Source: Patescibacteria group bacterium (lineage in GTDB: Bacteria; Patescibacteriota; Patescibacteriia; XYB2-FULL-38-15). Taken from it: 64,000 nucleotides of DNA. Below the pieces are notes generated by a model. It was not told where the DNA came from. It saw only the letters and a program-made list of their open reading frames with translations, and did no database searches. A program made the position numbers and the translations under genes. The stretch is from NCBI GenBank assembly GCA_041650995.1, contig JBAZJZ010000001.1:149757-213756 (forward strand), in the 5' to 3' direction. Of the stretch, positions 1 to 8,363 are shown one piece after another. Numbering within the stretch: position 1 is the first letter of the stretch; every line of letters begins with the position of its first letter.

Positions 1-5
1 TAGTT

Positions 6-566
6 ATGATTGTTGCCGCAGCAGCAATTTTTGGTGTGAGATTTTTTAGTGAAGAAGACAGCTGGATTTGCGAAAATGGCGAATGGGTAAAGCACGGAAA
101 TCCGAGCGCGGCAAAACCAAATGAAGGTTGCGGTATTCTGCTGGTAAATCAGCCGGCAAACACGAACGCAGAAGAAACGATGACTGTGAAAGTATTTTTT
201 GGGAACAGCATTTTTGACCCGGAAGTTTTGGATTGCCAGAAAAATTTCGCGGTAGAAAGAACAATTCCGAAAACTGAAGCTGTGGCGCGCGCCGCATTAG
301 AGCAACTTTTATCCGGGCCAACTGACGCCGAAAAAGCAGAAGGATATTTTACGAGCATTAATCCGGGAGTGAAGATCCAGAGTTTGGTTGTGGCGAACGG
401 CATCGCCAATGTTGATTTTGATGAGCAATTGGAATTTCAGGTCGGCGGATCATGCCGGGTTGCGGCTATCGCGTCGCAAATCAGGGAAACTTTAAAACAA
501 TTTCCGACCGTGACGGACGTGGTGATTTCCATTAATGGACGAACTGAAGATATTTTGCAACCATAA
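6..566 (+). CDS. GerMN/Gmad-type domain protein (secreted or lipoprotein-like); may continue upstream of the window
   Basis: 186-aa ORF whose frame is open to the window edge. C-terminal part resembles GerMN-type domains. Similar Gmad2-like fold again at 4934..5500. Confidence 0.45.
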   Translation: MIVAAAAIFGVRFFSEEDSWICENGEWVKHGNPSAAKPNEGCGILLVNQPANTNAEETMTVKVFFGNSIFDPEVLDCQKNFAVERTIPKTEAVARAALEQLLSGPTDAEKAEGYFTSINPGVKIQSLVVANGIANVDFDEQLEFQVGGSCRVAAIASQIRETLKQFPTVTDVVISINGRTEDILQP

Positions 567-568
567 AA

Positions 569-1210
569 ATGGAAAAAAAAATAAAAAATGGAATCATTGC
601 CGTCCGAAAGCCAAAAGGCCCGACATCTTTTGATGTAATCCATAAGTTGCGGAAGATTTCCGGTATTAAAAAAATCGGTCACGCCGGAACTCTAGATACT
701 CTGGCTAGCGGAGTTTTGGTAGTTGGTATTGGCCGTGAGGCGACGAGAAAATTACATGAAATTGTGGAATTGGAAAAAGAATATATGGCGACGATTCGGT
801 TTGGCGAGGAAAGCACGACAGACGATGAGGCTGGAGAAAAATCAGTCGTGGAGTTTGTAAAAAAACCATCGCGAGCTGACGTGGAAAAAGCATTAGCCAA
901 GTTTAGTGGAAAAATTATGCAATTACCACCGAATTTCAGCGCGATAAAAATCGGCGGCGTGCGAGCTTATAAAATGGCGAGGCGGGGACAATCGCCGAAA
1001 TTAATAAAACGTCCGGTGGAAGTTAAAAAAATAAAAATTATAAAATATAAATGGCCGTTGCTCAAAATTAAAATTATCTCCGGCTCGGGATTTTATGTCA
1101 GGGCGCTGGCCCGCGATTTGGGAAGAAAATTAAAAGTCGGCGGATATTTGGCGGCACTCGAGCGGACGCGCGTCGGGCAGTTTAAAAAAAATATGGCCAT
1201 TAAAATATGA
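569..1210 (+). CDS. truB: tRNA pseudouridine(55) synthase TruB
   Basis: 213 aa with the GHAGTLD catalytic-Asp motif (KKIGHAGTLDTLASGVLVVGIG). Confidence 0.85.
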   Translation: MEKKIKNGIIAVRKPKGPTSFDVIHKLRKISGIKKIGHAGTLDTLASGVLVVGIGREATRKLHEIVELEKEYMATIRFGEESTTDDEAGEKSVVEFVKKPSRADVEKALAKFSGKIMQLPPNFSAIKIGGVRAYKMARRGQSPKLIKRPVEVKKIKIIKYKWPLLKIKIISGSGFYVRALARDLGRKLKVGGYLAALERTRVGQFKKNMAIKI

Positions 1211-2211
1211 ACTTAGAAAAATTAGAGAAAATTTTTGCGGATGAACCGACCTATCGCGTAAAACAGGCGCGAGAGGCGGTTTTTTCTAAATTGATTGAAA
1301 ATTGGGATGAAGCAACTAATTTGCCGGCGGCGTTACGTGAAAAATTAAATGAAGAATGTCCGCTTAAAATTGATTTTAAAAAAATTATTTCCGATGACGG
1401 CGCGACAATAAAATTTTTAATTACGCTCACGGATGATTTTAAAATTGAATCGGTTTTAATGCGCCATGAAGATCGAAATACTGTTTGCGTTTCCTCCGAA
1501 GTTGGCTGTCCATTGAATTGTGCTTTTTGCGCCACAGGGAAGATGGGGTTTAAAAGAAATCTTTTGCCCGGAGAAATTATTGAACAGGTTCTGTGTTCGG
1601 CGAGATTATTAAAAAAAGAAAAACAAAAAGTGGACAGCGTGGTTTTTATGGGAATGGGCGAACCGTTTTTAAATTATGAAAACGTATTGGCCGCTATCAA
1701 AATTTTAAATGATAAAGAAGGATTGGGTATTGGCGCCCGCCATATTTCCATTTCCACTGCTGGAGTTGTGGAAGGAATAAGAAAACTTTCTAAAGAATCA
1801 ATGCAAATTAATTTGGCAATTTCGCTTCACGCGCCGAATGATAAGCTGCGAAACGAAATTATGCCTGCTGGGAAAAAATATAGTATCAAGAAAATTATGG
1901 CGGCGGTTGGAGAATATCTTGAGGCGACAAGTAGAAAAATAATGTTTGAATATCTAATGATTAAAAATTTTAATGATCGGCCGGAACACGCGAGAGAATT
2001 GGCCGCGCTTTTGAGTCAGCTTCCGCGACAGCTAATTTTTGTAAATTTAATTTTATATAATCCGACAGGCGATTTTTTGCCGTCGAAAAAAGAGGCGGTC
2101 CAAAAATTTAAGGAAATTTTGCGGCGCGCCGGTGTTTCCACGACCGAGCGTTATCGTTTTGGCCGCGGAGTGAAAGGCGCCTGCGGGCAGTTGGCCGGTA
2201 AAAATTATTAA
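1207..2211 (+). CDS. rlmN: 23S rRNA/tRNA m2A methyltransferase RlmN (radical SAM)
   Basis: 334 aa with the CPLNCAFCAT radical-SAM CxxxCxxC cluster. ATGA overlap with truB. Confidence 0.85.
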   Translation: MNLEKLEKIFADEPTYRVKQAREAVFSKLIENWDEATNLPAALREKLNEECPLKIDFKKIISDDGATIKFLITLTDDFKIESVLMRHEDRNTVCVSSEVGCPLNCAFCATGKMGFKRNLLPGEIIEQVLCSARLLKKEKQKVDSVVFMGMGEPFLNYENVLAAIKILNDKEGLGIGARHISISTAGVVEGIRKLSKESMQINLAISLHAPNDKLRNEIMPAGKKYSIKKIMAAVGEYLEATSRKIMFEYLMIKNFNDRPEHARELAALLSQLPRQLIFVNLILYNPTGDFLPSKKEAVQKFKEILRRAGVSTTERYRFGRGVKGACGQLAGKNY

Positions 2212-2221
2212 ATTTGAAAAT

Positions 2222-2692
2222 ATGAGAATGAAGATGAGTTTTATTTTTATTCCGATTGCAGTTTTTGCCGTGGCCGCGCTCGGCTCTTGGCTCACGGGCG
2301 GAGGAATGGATTGGTACAAAACAATTAACTTGCCGAGCTTCACGCCGCCGGGTTCAGTGATTGGCACGGTCTGGACAATAATTTTTATTTTGACAGCAAT
2401 TTCCGCAATTATTTTCTGGCAAAAAGCGCCTCGTGATGGAAGGTTTTGGTGGGTTTTAGGATTTTTTATTTTAAATGGTTTATTAAATGTTTTTTGGAGT
2501 TTTTTATTTTTCAATCGTCATTGGCTTTACGCCGCAGTTTGGGAAGCGGGAATTCTTGATCTTAGTGTTGTAGTTTTGATTATTTTAATCTGGCCCGTTT
2601 CGCGTCTGGCTTCAACGCTTTTTATGCCGTACGCCGCCTGGACAACTTTCGCAACTTATTTAACTTATGTGATTTGGAGCTTGAATAAATAA
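2222..2692 (+). CDS. tspO: TspO/MBR tryptophan-rich sensory protein
   Basis: 156 aa, ~5 TM helices, Trp-rich (WLTGGGMDWYK, FWWVLGFFILNG), TspO family size. Confidence 0.7.
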   Translation: MRMKMSFIFIPIAVFAVAALGSWLTGGGMDWYKTINLPSFTPPGSVIGTVWTIIFILTAISAIIFWQKAPRDGRFWWVLGFFILNGLLNVFWSFLFFNRHWLYAAVWEAGILDLSVVVLIILIWPVSRLASTLFMPYAAWTTFATYLTYVIWSLNK

Positions 2693-2702
2693 TTTTATTT
2701 TT

Positions 2703-3515
2703 ATGTGTTTTGGGGAGAAGAAAAATAAAAAATACAAAGTCGGTTTAGCATTGGGGAGCGGAGGAGCTAGGGGTCTGGCGCACATCGGAGTGATTAAGGT
2801 TCTTTTGGAAAATAATATTCCAATTCATTGTATTGTGGGCTCAAGTATCGGAGCACTGATCGGCGGAATTTACGCCACAACCGGCGATGTTAGTGAAGTA
2901 GAAAAAATAGCTAGAGGAAATAATTGGCGGCAGCTTCTTGATTTAATGTGGGATCCTACATTAAAGGGAGGGCTGAACGGCGGTAAAAAAATTGAGATGT
3001 TTATAAGAAAACAAATTAATGGCGTAAACTTTTCCGACCTGAAAATGCGCTTTGCTGCCGTAGCAACAAATTTTGAAACGGGGGAGCCTGTAGTAATGAA
3101 GACTGGTGATGTCACATTAGCTATCAAAAGCAGTTTGTCGGTGCCGATTATTTTTAATCCGGTTGAGTTTAACGGAAAAATTTTAGTTGATGGCGGGCTT
3201 TCGGAACCAGTGCCAGTCGACGCGGTAAGAAAATTAGGCGCGGATTTTGTGATCGCCGTTAATTTGGATAATTGCCATTTGGTCAAAAAGAAAAAAATCG
3301 GATTTTTTGAGGCGGTCGAAGACTCTTTGAGTATTTTACGCCACCATTTATCTAAAGAAAAAGTTAAAGCTGCTGATATTTTGGTTGAACCGAAAGTTTT
3401 TCCACAATCTCTTATTGGTTGGCGCCAATTTATGGAAAGCGACAAATTCATTGCCGAGGGAGAAAGGGCCATGAGAGCGGCTTTGCCGAAATTAAAAAAG
3501 TTGATCGGCATGTAA
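2703..3515 (+). CDS. patatin-like phospholipase
   Basis: GSGGARG oxyanion motif, GSSIG (GxSxG) nucleophile motif, DGG dyad Asp (VDGGLS). Confidence 0.8.
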   Translation: MCFGEKKNKKYKVGLALGSGGARGLAHIGVIKVLLENNIPIHCIVGSSIGALIGGIYATTGDVSEVEKIARGNNWRQLLDLMWDPTLKGGLNGGKKIEMFIRKQINGVNFSDLKMRFAAVATNFETGEPVVMKTGDVTLAIKSSLSVPIIFNPVEFNGKILVDGGLSEPVPVDAVRKLGADFVIAVNLDNCHLVKKKKIGFFEAVEDSLSILRHHLSKEKVKAADILVEPKVFPQSLIGWRQFMESDKFIAEGERAMRAALPKLKKLIGM

Positions 3516-3517
3516 TT

Positions 3518-3991
3518 ATGATTGTGATTTTACATAATATCAGAAGCACGCATAATGTCGGTTCGATTTTTCGGACAGCCGACGCGGCAGGGTGCCAAAA
3601 AATTTATTTGTGTGGAATTACGTCGGCGCCGGTTGATCGGTTTGGCCGCGTGAATGAAAAAATCAGTAAAGTGGCCTTGGGCGCGGAAAAGTGGATCGCC
3701 TGGGAAAAAGTTGGCCAAACGACAAGGTTAATTGATAAAATAAAGAAGGACGGTTATAAAATTTTGGCGATTGAACAATCGCGTCGTTCAATCCCATATC
3801 AAAAAATAAAATTATCAAAAAAAGATTTGGCAAAAACGGCGCTTATCGTCGGTAATGAAATATGGGGTTTGCCGCCGGCAATTTTGCGCCGGACTGATAA
3901 AATTTTAGAAATTCCGATGCGCGGCAAAAAGGAATCGCTAAACGTCGCCGTAGCTTTTGGAGTCGTAGCCTTTAATTTAATCAATAAATAA
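3518..3991 (+). CDS. SpoU/TrmH-family RNA 2'-O-methyltransferase
   Basis: Start moved to the ATG at 3518 (the track ORF at 3419 overlaps the patatin gene). ~157 aa with IVGNEIWGLPP SpoU motif. Confidence 0.7.
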   Translation: MIVILHNIRSTHNVGSIFRTADAAGCQKIYLCGITSAPVDRFGRVNEKISKVALGAEKWIAWEKVGQTTRLIDKIKKDGYKILAIEQSRRSIPYQKIKLSKKDLAKTALIVGNEIWGLPPAILRRTDKILEIPMRGKKESLNVAVAFGVVAFNLINK

Positions 3992-3993
3992 TT

Positions 3994-4707
3994 ATGAAAG
4001 TGCACAGATTTATCAGTAATTTTAATTTTGATAAAAAAATTACATCAATTACAAATAAAGAAATTTATAATCAAATAAAAAATGTTTTGCATCTCCGGCC
4101 GGGCGAAGAAATTATTTTGGGCGATGGGGAGGGGAGAGAGGCGCGCGCGGGAATTATGGATTTTGGAAAGCAGAGCGTGGGGATAAAGATTTTTAAAGTG
4201 GAAGCAAACGAGACCGAGCCGGAAATGAAACCAATTCTTTACGCGGCGATTTTAAAAAAAGAAAATTTTGAGTTGGTGGCGGAAAAAGCGGTGGAAGCTG
4301 GTGTGGCGGAAATCATTCCGGTTATAACTGCGAAAACTATAAAAACAAATTTGCGAATGGACAGATTGGAAAAAATTGTCCGTGAGGCGGCGGAGCAGTC
4401 TGGCCGGGGAATTTTGCCAGCAGTGGGAAAGATTTTGAAATTTAAAGAAGCTTTGGCTCATGCCGAAGAAAATGATTCAAATTTATTTTTTGAAGTTCGC
4501 GCGCCGCGTTTTGAACAAAGAAAATTAGCGGTTGATGTTGGCCGGCGAGTGGGGGTTTGGATTGGGCCAGAAGGCGGCTGGGATGAAGAGGAAATAAAAG
4601 CGGTTCAGGAGAAAAATTTTCAACTTGTCAGTTTAGGAAAATTAACTTTGCGGGCCGAGACCGCGGCAATTGTTGCCAGCTATCTCGTTGCTTCGGCAAA
4701 AAATTAA
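3994..4707 (+). CDS. rsmE: 16S rRNA m3U1498 methyltransferase RsmE
   Basis: 237 aa, C-terminal GPEGGW motif, RsmE-like length. Confidence 0.75.
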   Translation: MKVHRFISNFNFDKKITSITNKEIYNQIKNVLHLRPGEEIILGDGEGREARAGIMDFGKQSVGIKIFKVEANETEPEMKPILYAAILKKENFELVAEKAVEAGVAEIIPVITAKTIKTNLRMDRLEKIVREAAEQSGRGILPAVGKILKFKEALAHAEENDSNLFFEVRAPRFEQRKLAVDVGRRVGVWIGPEGGWDEEEIKAVQEKNFQLVSLGKLTLRAETAAIVASYLVASAKN

Positions 4708-4708
4708 A

Positions 4709-4927
4709 ATGAAGATTTTTGTAAAAGCAAAACCGAGAGCGCACGAAGAAAAAGTGGAAAAAATTGACGACGCTCATTTTGAAGTGTCGGTTACGGCGCC
4801 GCCGGTCAAAGGTTTAGCAAATCAAGCGATTATCAAAACCATCGCCGAATATTTCAAAATCGCGCCGTCGCGCGTCAGAATTGTTTCAGGATTTACTTCA
4901 CGACAAAAAATTTTAGAAATAATTTAA
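4709..4927 (+). CDS. DUF167/YggU-family small protein
   Basis: Start at ATG 4709 right after the rsmE stop. ~72 aa, KIFVKAKP...VSGFTSRQKILEI matches the UPF0235/YggU pattern. Confidence 0.55.
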   Translation: MKIFVKAKPRAHEEKVEKIDDAHFEVSVTAPPVKGLANQAIIKTIAEYFKIAPSRVRIVSGFTSRQKILEII

Positions 4928-4933
4928 AAAACT

Positions 4934-5500
4934 ATGAAAACAAGAATCGCAATTTTATTAATCGTTCTTATTTTTCTTTCGGGCGGAGTATTTTATTACT
5001 ACAATTTTTACAAAGAAACTCCACTAGTCGGAAATGAAAATCAAAACGTTCCAGTCGTTACGGTTACAAATTTTGAAGAATGCGTTGCCACCGGAAATCC
5101 GGTTATGGAATCTTATCCGCGCCAATGCCGGGCGGGCAACCAAAATTTTATAGAATATATCGGCAATGAATTGGAAAAAACAGATTTAATAAAAATTGAT
5201 TCACCGCGGCCAAACACAGTTGTCACAAGTCCGCTTGAAGTGACGGGTCAAGCCCGCGGAACATGGTATTTTGAAGCCAGTTTTCCGGTGAAACTTTTGG
5301 ATGCGAACGGCGTGCAACTTGCCGTTATTCCGGCTCAGGCGCAAGGCGAATGGATGACTGAAGAATTTGTGTCGTTCAAAGCGACTTTAGAATTTACCGC
5401 GCCGACTACCGACACTGGTACTTTAGTTTTGGAAAAAGACAATCCCTCCGGCCTTCCGGAAAACGACGACTCGCTTATCGTACCAGTGAGGTTTAGATAA
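4934..5500 (+). CDS. secreted protein with Gmad2 Ig-like domain
   Basis: N-terminal TM/signal (IAILLIVLIFLSGGVFYYY). C-terminal beta-rich domain (VTSPLEVTGQARGTWYFEASFPVKLLDANG...) as found in GerMN-associated Gmad2. Confidence 0.5.
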   Translation: MKTRIAILLIVLIFLSGGVFYYYNFYKETPLVGNENQNVPVVTVTNFEECVATGNPVMESYPRQCRAGNQNFIEYIGNELEKTDLIKIDSPRPNTVVTSPLEVTGQARGTWYFEASFPVKLLDANGVQLAVIPAQAQGEWMTEEFVSFKATLEFTAPTTDTGTLVLEKDNPSGLPENDDSLIVPVRFR

Positions 5501-5515
5501 ATTAATTTAAATTTT

Positions 5516-6007
5516 ATGCGTGAAAAAATTGGTGCCGCTCCAGAGGGAAAAACCTCAAATTTAAAAACACCGGAAGGTTTTAGCGAGGCGGTAATACGAA
5601 AACCGAGCTCGGAAGAAATTTCACGGATTTCAGTGGAAGACACGGCGGAATTGATGAGAAAATTTTTAGGTTTGGCTTGGTTTTTGCCGCATTTAGAAAC
5701 ATACGGCGAAACTCCTGAAGCCGAGCGGGAATTAAAATCAGTAGTTGATAATACTCTTAAAACAATGAGAGAGCTCGATTTGGTACGGGACAGATTGGCT
5801 GCAAATAAATTAGACAAGAAATTAGTAGAAAAGAGCCGCGAGGCATTTATTAATCATTTATTTGATTATTTACAATTTGTCAAGGCAAGAATTGAAAGGT
5901 TTTTATTGCCATCAGCAAAATATAAAAAACAAGTAGCCGCTGGCGCTTCAGCAGTGCCAGTAAGTTTTAGAGAACTTCTTGAGGCGTATTTGAGAATGGT
6001 CCATTAA
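5516..6007 (+). CDS. hypothetical protein
   Basis: 163-aa ORF, helical/charged, no recognisable motif. Confidence 0.4.
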   Translation: MREKIGAAPEGKTSNLKTPEGFSEAVIRKPSSEEISRISVEDTAELMRKFLGLAWFLPHLETYGETPEAERELKSVVDNTLKTMRELDLVRDRLAANKLDKKLVEKSREAFINHLFDYLQFVKARIERFLLPSAKYKKQVAAGASAVPVSFRELLEAYLRMVH

Positions 6008-6019
6008 ATGTTTTGAAAT

Positions 6020-6056
6020 AAAAAAAGAGAGCTTGTCGAAGGCTCTCGGTCGGTTC
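6020..6056 (-). terminator. rho-independent terminator for the minus-strand ORFan (hairpin gagagc-N9-gctctc plus T-run on minus strand)
   Basis: Perfect 6-bp stem at 6036..6056. The A-run 6020..6035 on + reads as a U-run on -. Confidence 0.55.
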
Positions 6057-6074
6057 GCGTGTTTGCAAACCGTT

Positions 6075-6341
6075 TTACGACTTCCGCTGTCGCGTCTCGC
6101 GGTAATGTAGAATTATTCCCACGACCGTGATGATGAAGAAGAGTATTTGTACGGCACCAATGCGCCAGGCTCCAGACATGAATGCATCAATTCCGATGCC
6201 AAGTTGGCCGAGGAGCGAGAAGATCATGAAGAGTAAAAACTCCCGATCGTAAGTGAGCTTTGTGCCCTTGAGTGAAAGTCGCACCCATGCGATCGCTTGG
6301 AGGGTTATCAAGAAATACAGAACGAGTCGAAGTCCGTCCAT
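6075..6341 (-). CDS. small membrane protein, GC-elevated ORFan (88 aa from ATG; the track ORF starts at an upstream GTG)
   Basis: Only minus-strand gene in the first 60 kb. ~50 % GC versus ~33 % in the flanks. AAGGAGG RBS 5 nt before the ATG (plus CAT at 6339..6341). 2-3 TM helices. Confidence 0.55.
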   Translation of the reverse strand: MDGLRLVLYFLITLQAIAWVRLSLKGTKLTYDREFLLFMIFSLLGQLGIGIDAFMSGAWRIGAVQILFFIITVVGIILHYRETRQRKS

Positions 6342-6357
6342 TAGTTCCTCCTTCTTT

Positions 6358-6407
6358 ACCACAACTTTGTGGTCGTTTAATATTAATGGATATTAGAAAA
6401 TTGTCAA
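6358..6407 (-). promoter_or_regulatory. sigma70-like promoter for the minus ORFan (-35 TTGACA = plus 6402..6407, -10 TAATAT ~6380..6385) with a perfect palindrome ACCACAA-CT-TTGTGGT (6358..6373) at about +1
   Basis: Read from the reverse complement. The 7-bp-arm palindrome sits between promoter and RBS, an operator-like placement. Confidence 0.45.
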
Positions 6408-6438
6408 CATAAATTCAGTTTCGTCTTTTAGTGATTTT

Positions 6439-6448
6439 GTGCTATAAT
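6439..6448 (+). promoter_or_regulatory. extended -10 promoter (TGcTATAAT) upstream of hpf
   Basis: TTTTGTGCTATAAT. The same TTTTGTGnTATAAT box recurs before the genes at 15162, 17611, 19239, 25375, 25968 and 35368. Confidence 0.5.
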
Positions 6449-6476
6449 TTGATAATTAATCATTAATATTTTCCAT

Positions 6477-6773
6477 ATGCAAATTGACTATTTTTTCAAA
6501 AATTTAACCCCGAATGAAAAGAAGTGGTGTGAGGAATATGTTGAGACGAAAATTCCGCAGTTAGAAAAATTAATTCATCGGCAGGCGGAAGATTCAGTCT
6601 CGCTCCGAATAAAGGCGGAAAAGTTCAGCACCAATAGCGCTTACAAAATTACTTTCGATTTAAAACTGCCAAAACAAAGTTTTCTCGTGAGCGAGGATGA
6701 CCATACGATTGTTGAGGCGATTGATTTGGCTAAAGATAAATTGATCGCGCAATTAAAGAAATTAAAAAGATAA
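6477..6773 (+). CDS. hpf: ribosome hibernation-promoting factor / RaiA (YfiA family)
   Basis: 98 aa, typical HPF length and beta-alpha pattern (MQIDYFFKNLTPNEKKW...). Confidence 0.65.
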   Translation: MQIDYFFKNLTPNEKKWCEEYVETKIPQLEKLIHRQAEDSVSLRIKAEKFSTNSAYKITFDLKLPKQSFLVSEDDHTIVEAIDLAKDKLIAQLKKLKR

Positions 6774-6775
6774 CT

Positions 6776-7777
6776 ATGGCAAAAAATTTTGACGTCGTGA
6801 CGATTGGTGGCGCGGCGCGGGATATTACTTTTTATACCAAAGAAGGAAGATTAGTTGCCCAAATGAAAGATCCGTTGCGGCAGAAGCTTTTAGGATTTGA
6901 GTACGGCGCGAAAATCAATATTGAAAAATCATTTCAAACTTTTGGCGGAGGAGCGGCGAACGCGGCTGTGGCTTTGGCGCGCTTAGGTTTGAAGACCGCG
7001 GCGATCGCGCGAGTCGGAAAAGATGAAGACGGCCGGGCAGTCATCACAAATTTAGTGAAAAATAAAATTGACACAAAATTTATTCAAATTGATCCGGCCG
7101 CTAAAACCGGTTTTTCTTTTATTGTAACTTTTGGTCCGGAAGTTGAGCATACGGCGTTTCTATTCCGCGGGGCGAATAATAATTTAAAACTCGCGGCTCG
7201 CGATTTAAAATTAAAAACGGACTGGTTTTATGTCGCGTCGCTCTCTGGCGAGGGATGGCGCGGCGTGCTCGATTCCGTGGTCGCAAAAAAAGAAACGCGG
7301 CTTGCCTGGAATCCGGGAAACACGCAGCTTGCGGCAGGTCTTTCGGGTTTAAAAAAATACATGGCAAAAACGGCGATATTTTTTGTAAATAAAGATGAGG
7401 CAATTCAACTTGTTGTCTCTCTTCCAAAATATAAAAAAGCGAGCACGACTTGGCTAAATCAGCCGAAAAATCTTTTCGGGGTTTTGGCGGAATTTTGTCC
7501 GGGAATTTTGGTAATTACCGACGGTGCGAAAGGCGCATATGTTTTTTTTCGCGGGAAAATACATCACCAAATTTCTTTAAGTAAAAAAATTGTGGACACG
7601 ACCGGGGCTGGCGACACATTTTGCTCAAGCTTTCTCGCCGGCTACATTAATTATTGCGGAGATATTTTAAAAGCCGCCAAACTCGGTGCTATAAACAGCG
7701 CTTACAATTTAACTGGCATCGGAGCGCAAGAACCTCTTTTAACTTGGCGCGAGGCCGAAAAATTAATGGGAAAATAA
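6776..7777 (+). CDS. PfkB-family carbohydrate kinase (ribokinase-like)
   Basis: GGAANAAVALARLG N-terminal motif and DTTGAGDTF C-terminal motif. Confidence 0.8.
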   Translation: MAKNFDVVTIGGAARDITFYTKEGRLVAQMKDPLRQKLLGFEYGAKINIEKSFQTFGGGAANAAVALARLGLKTAAIARVGKDEDGRAVITNLVKNKIDTKFIQIDPAAKTGFSFIVTFGPEVEHTAFLFRGANNNLKLAARDLKLKTDWFYVASLSGEGWRGVLDSVVAKKETRLAWNPGNTQLAAGLSGLKKYMAKTAIFFVNKDEAIQLVVSLPKYKKASTTWLNQPKNLFGVLAEFCPGILVITDGAKGAYVFFRGKIHHQISLSKKIVDTTGAGDTFCSSFLAGYINYCGDILKAAKLGAINSAYNLTGIGAQEPLLTWREAEKLMGK

Positions 7778-7778
7778 T

Positions 7779-8360
7779 ATGAAAACAATAAAAGTAAAAG
7801 TGGAAATTTCCGCGCGCCACATTCATCTTAATCAAACTGATTTGGAAAAACTTTTTGGCGCGGGATATGAATTAAAAAAAATAAAAGATTTGTCGCAAGA
7901 AGGGGAGTTTGCCGCGGAAGAAACCGTGGCGCTCGTCGGACCAAAAAGAAAATTAGAAAATTTGCGAGTAGTCGGGCCGGTACGCCCAGCGACGCAAATT
8001 GAGCTTGCTTACACTGATGCTTTTTCGATTGGCCTTGATGTGCCGCTCCGGATTTCCGGAGATGTGGTCGGTTCGGCCGGGGCGAAAATTATTGGTCCAG
8101 CTGGTGAAGTTGATTTAGTTGAAGGTGTAATTGTCGCTAAACGCCATTTACACATTAATCAAAAAGAAGCTGATGAAATTGGCCTTAAAAATGATGATTT
8201 GGTAAAAGTTAAAGTCGCGGGTGAGCGGGGATTAGTTTTTGAAAATGTGGTTGTTCGCGTCAAACCTAATTTCCATACTTCAATCCACATTGATACCGAC
8301 GAAGCCAACGCTTGCGGTTGCGGAAAAGTTTGTAGTTTTGGCGAATTGATTTTGGAATAA
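7779..8360 (+). CDS. pduL: phosphate propanoyl/acetyl-transferase PduL-type
   Basis: 193 aa with the two PduL half-repeats (SARHIHL... and AKRHLHI...). ATG overlaps the upstream stop. Immediately followed by ackA. Confidence 0.7.
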   Translation: MKTIKVKVEISARHIHLNQTDLEKLFGAGYELKKIKDLSQEGEFAAEETVALVGPKRKLENLRVVGPVRPATQIELAYTDAFSIGLDVPLRISGDVVGSAGAKIIGPAGEVDLVEGVIVAKRHLHINQKEADEIGLKNDDLVKVKVAGERGLVFENVVVRVKPNFHTSIHIDTDEANACGCGKVCSFGELILE

Positions 8361-8363
8361 TTT

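Noticed and set aside
3419-3517. Upstream extensions of the track ORFs at 3419 (SpoU), 4670 (DUF167), 28486 (PilX-like) and 29481 (LigA)
   Set aside because: Each extension overlaps the preceding gene in another frame. Internal ATGs directly after the upstream stop codons (3518, 4709, 28639, 29529) give normal-length proteins.
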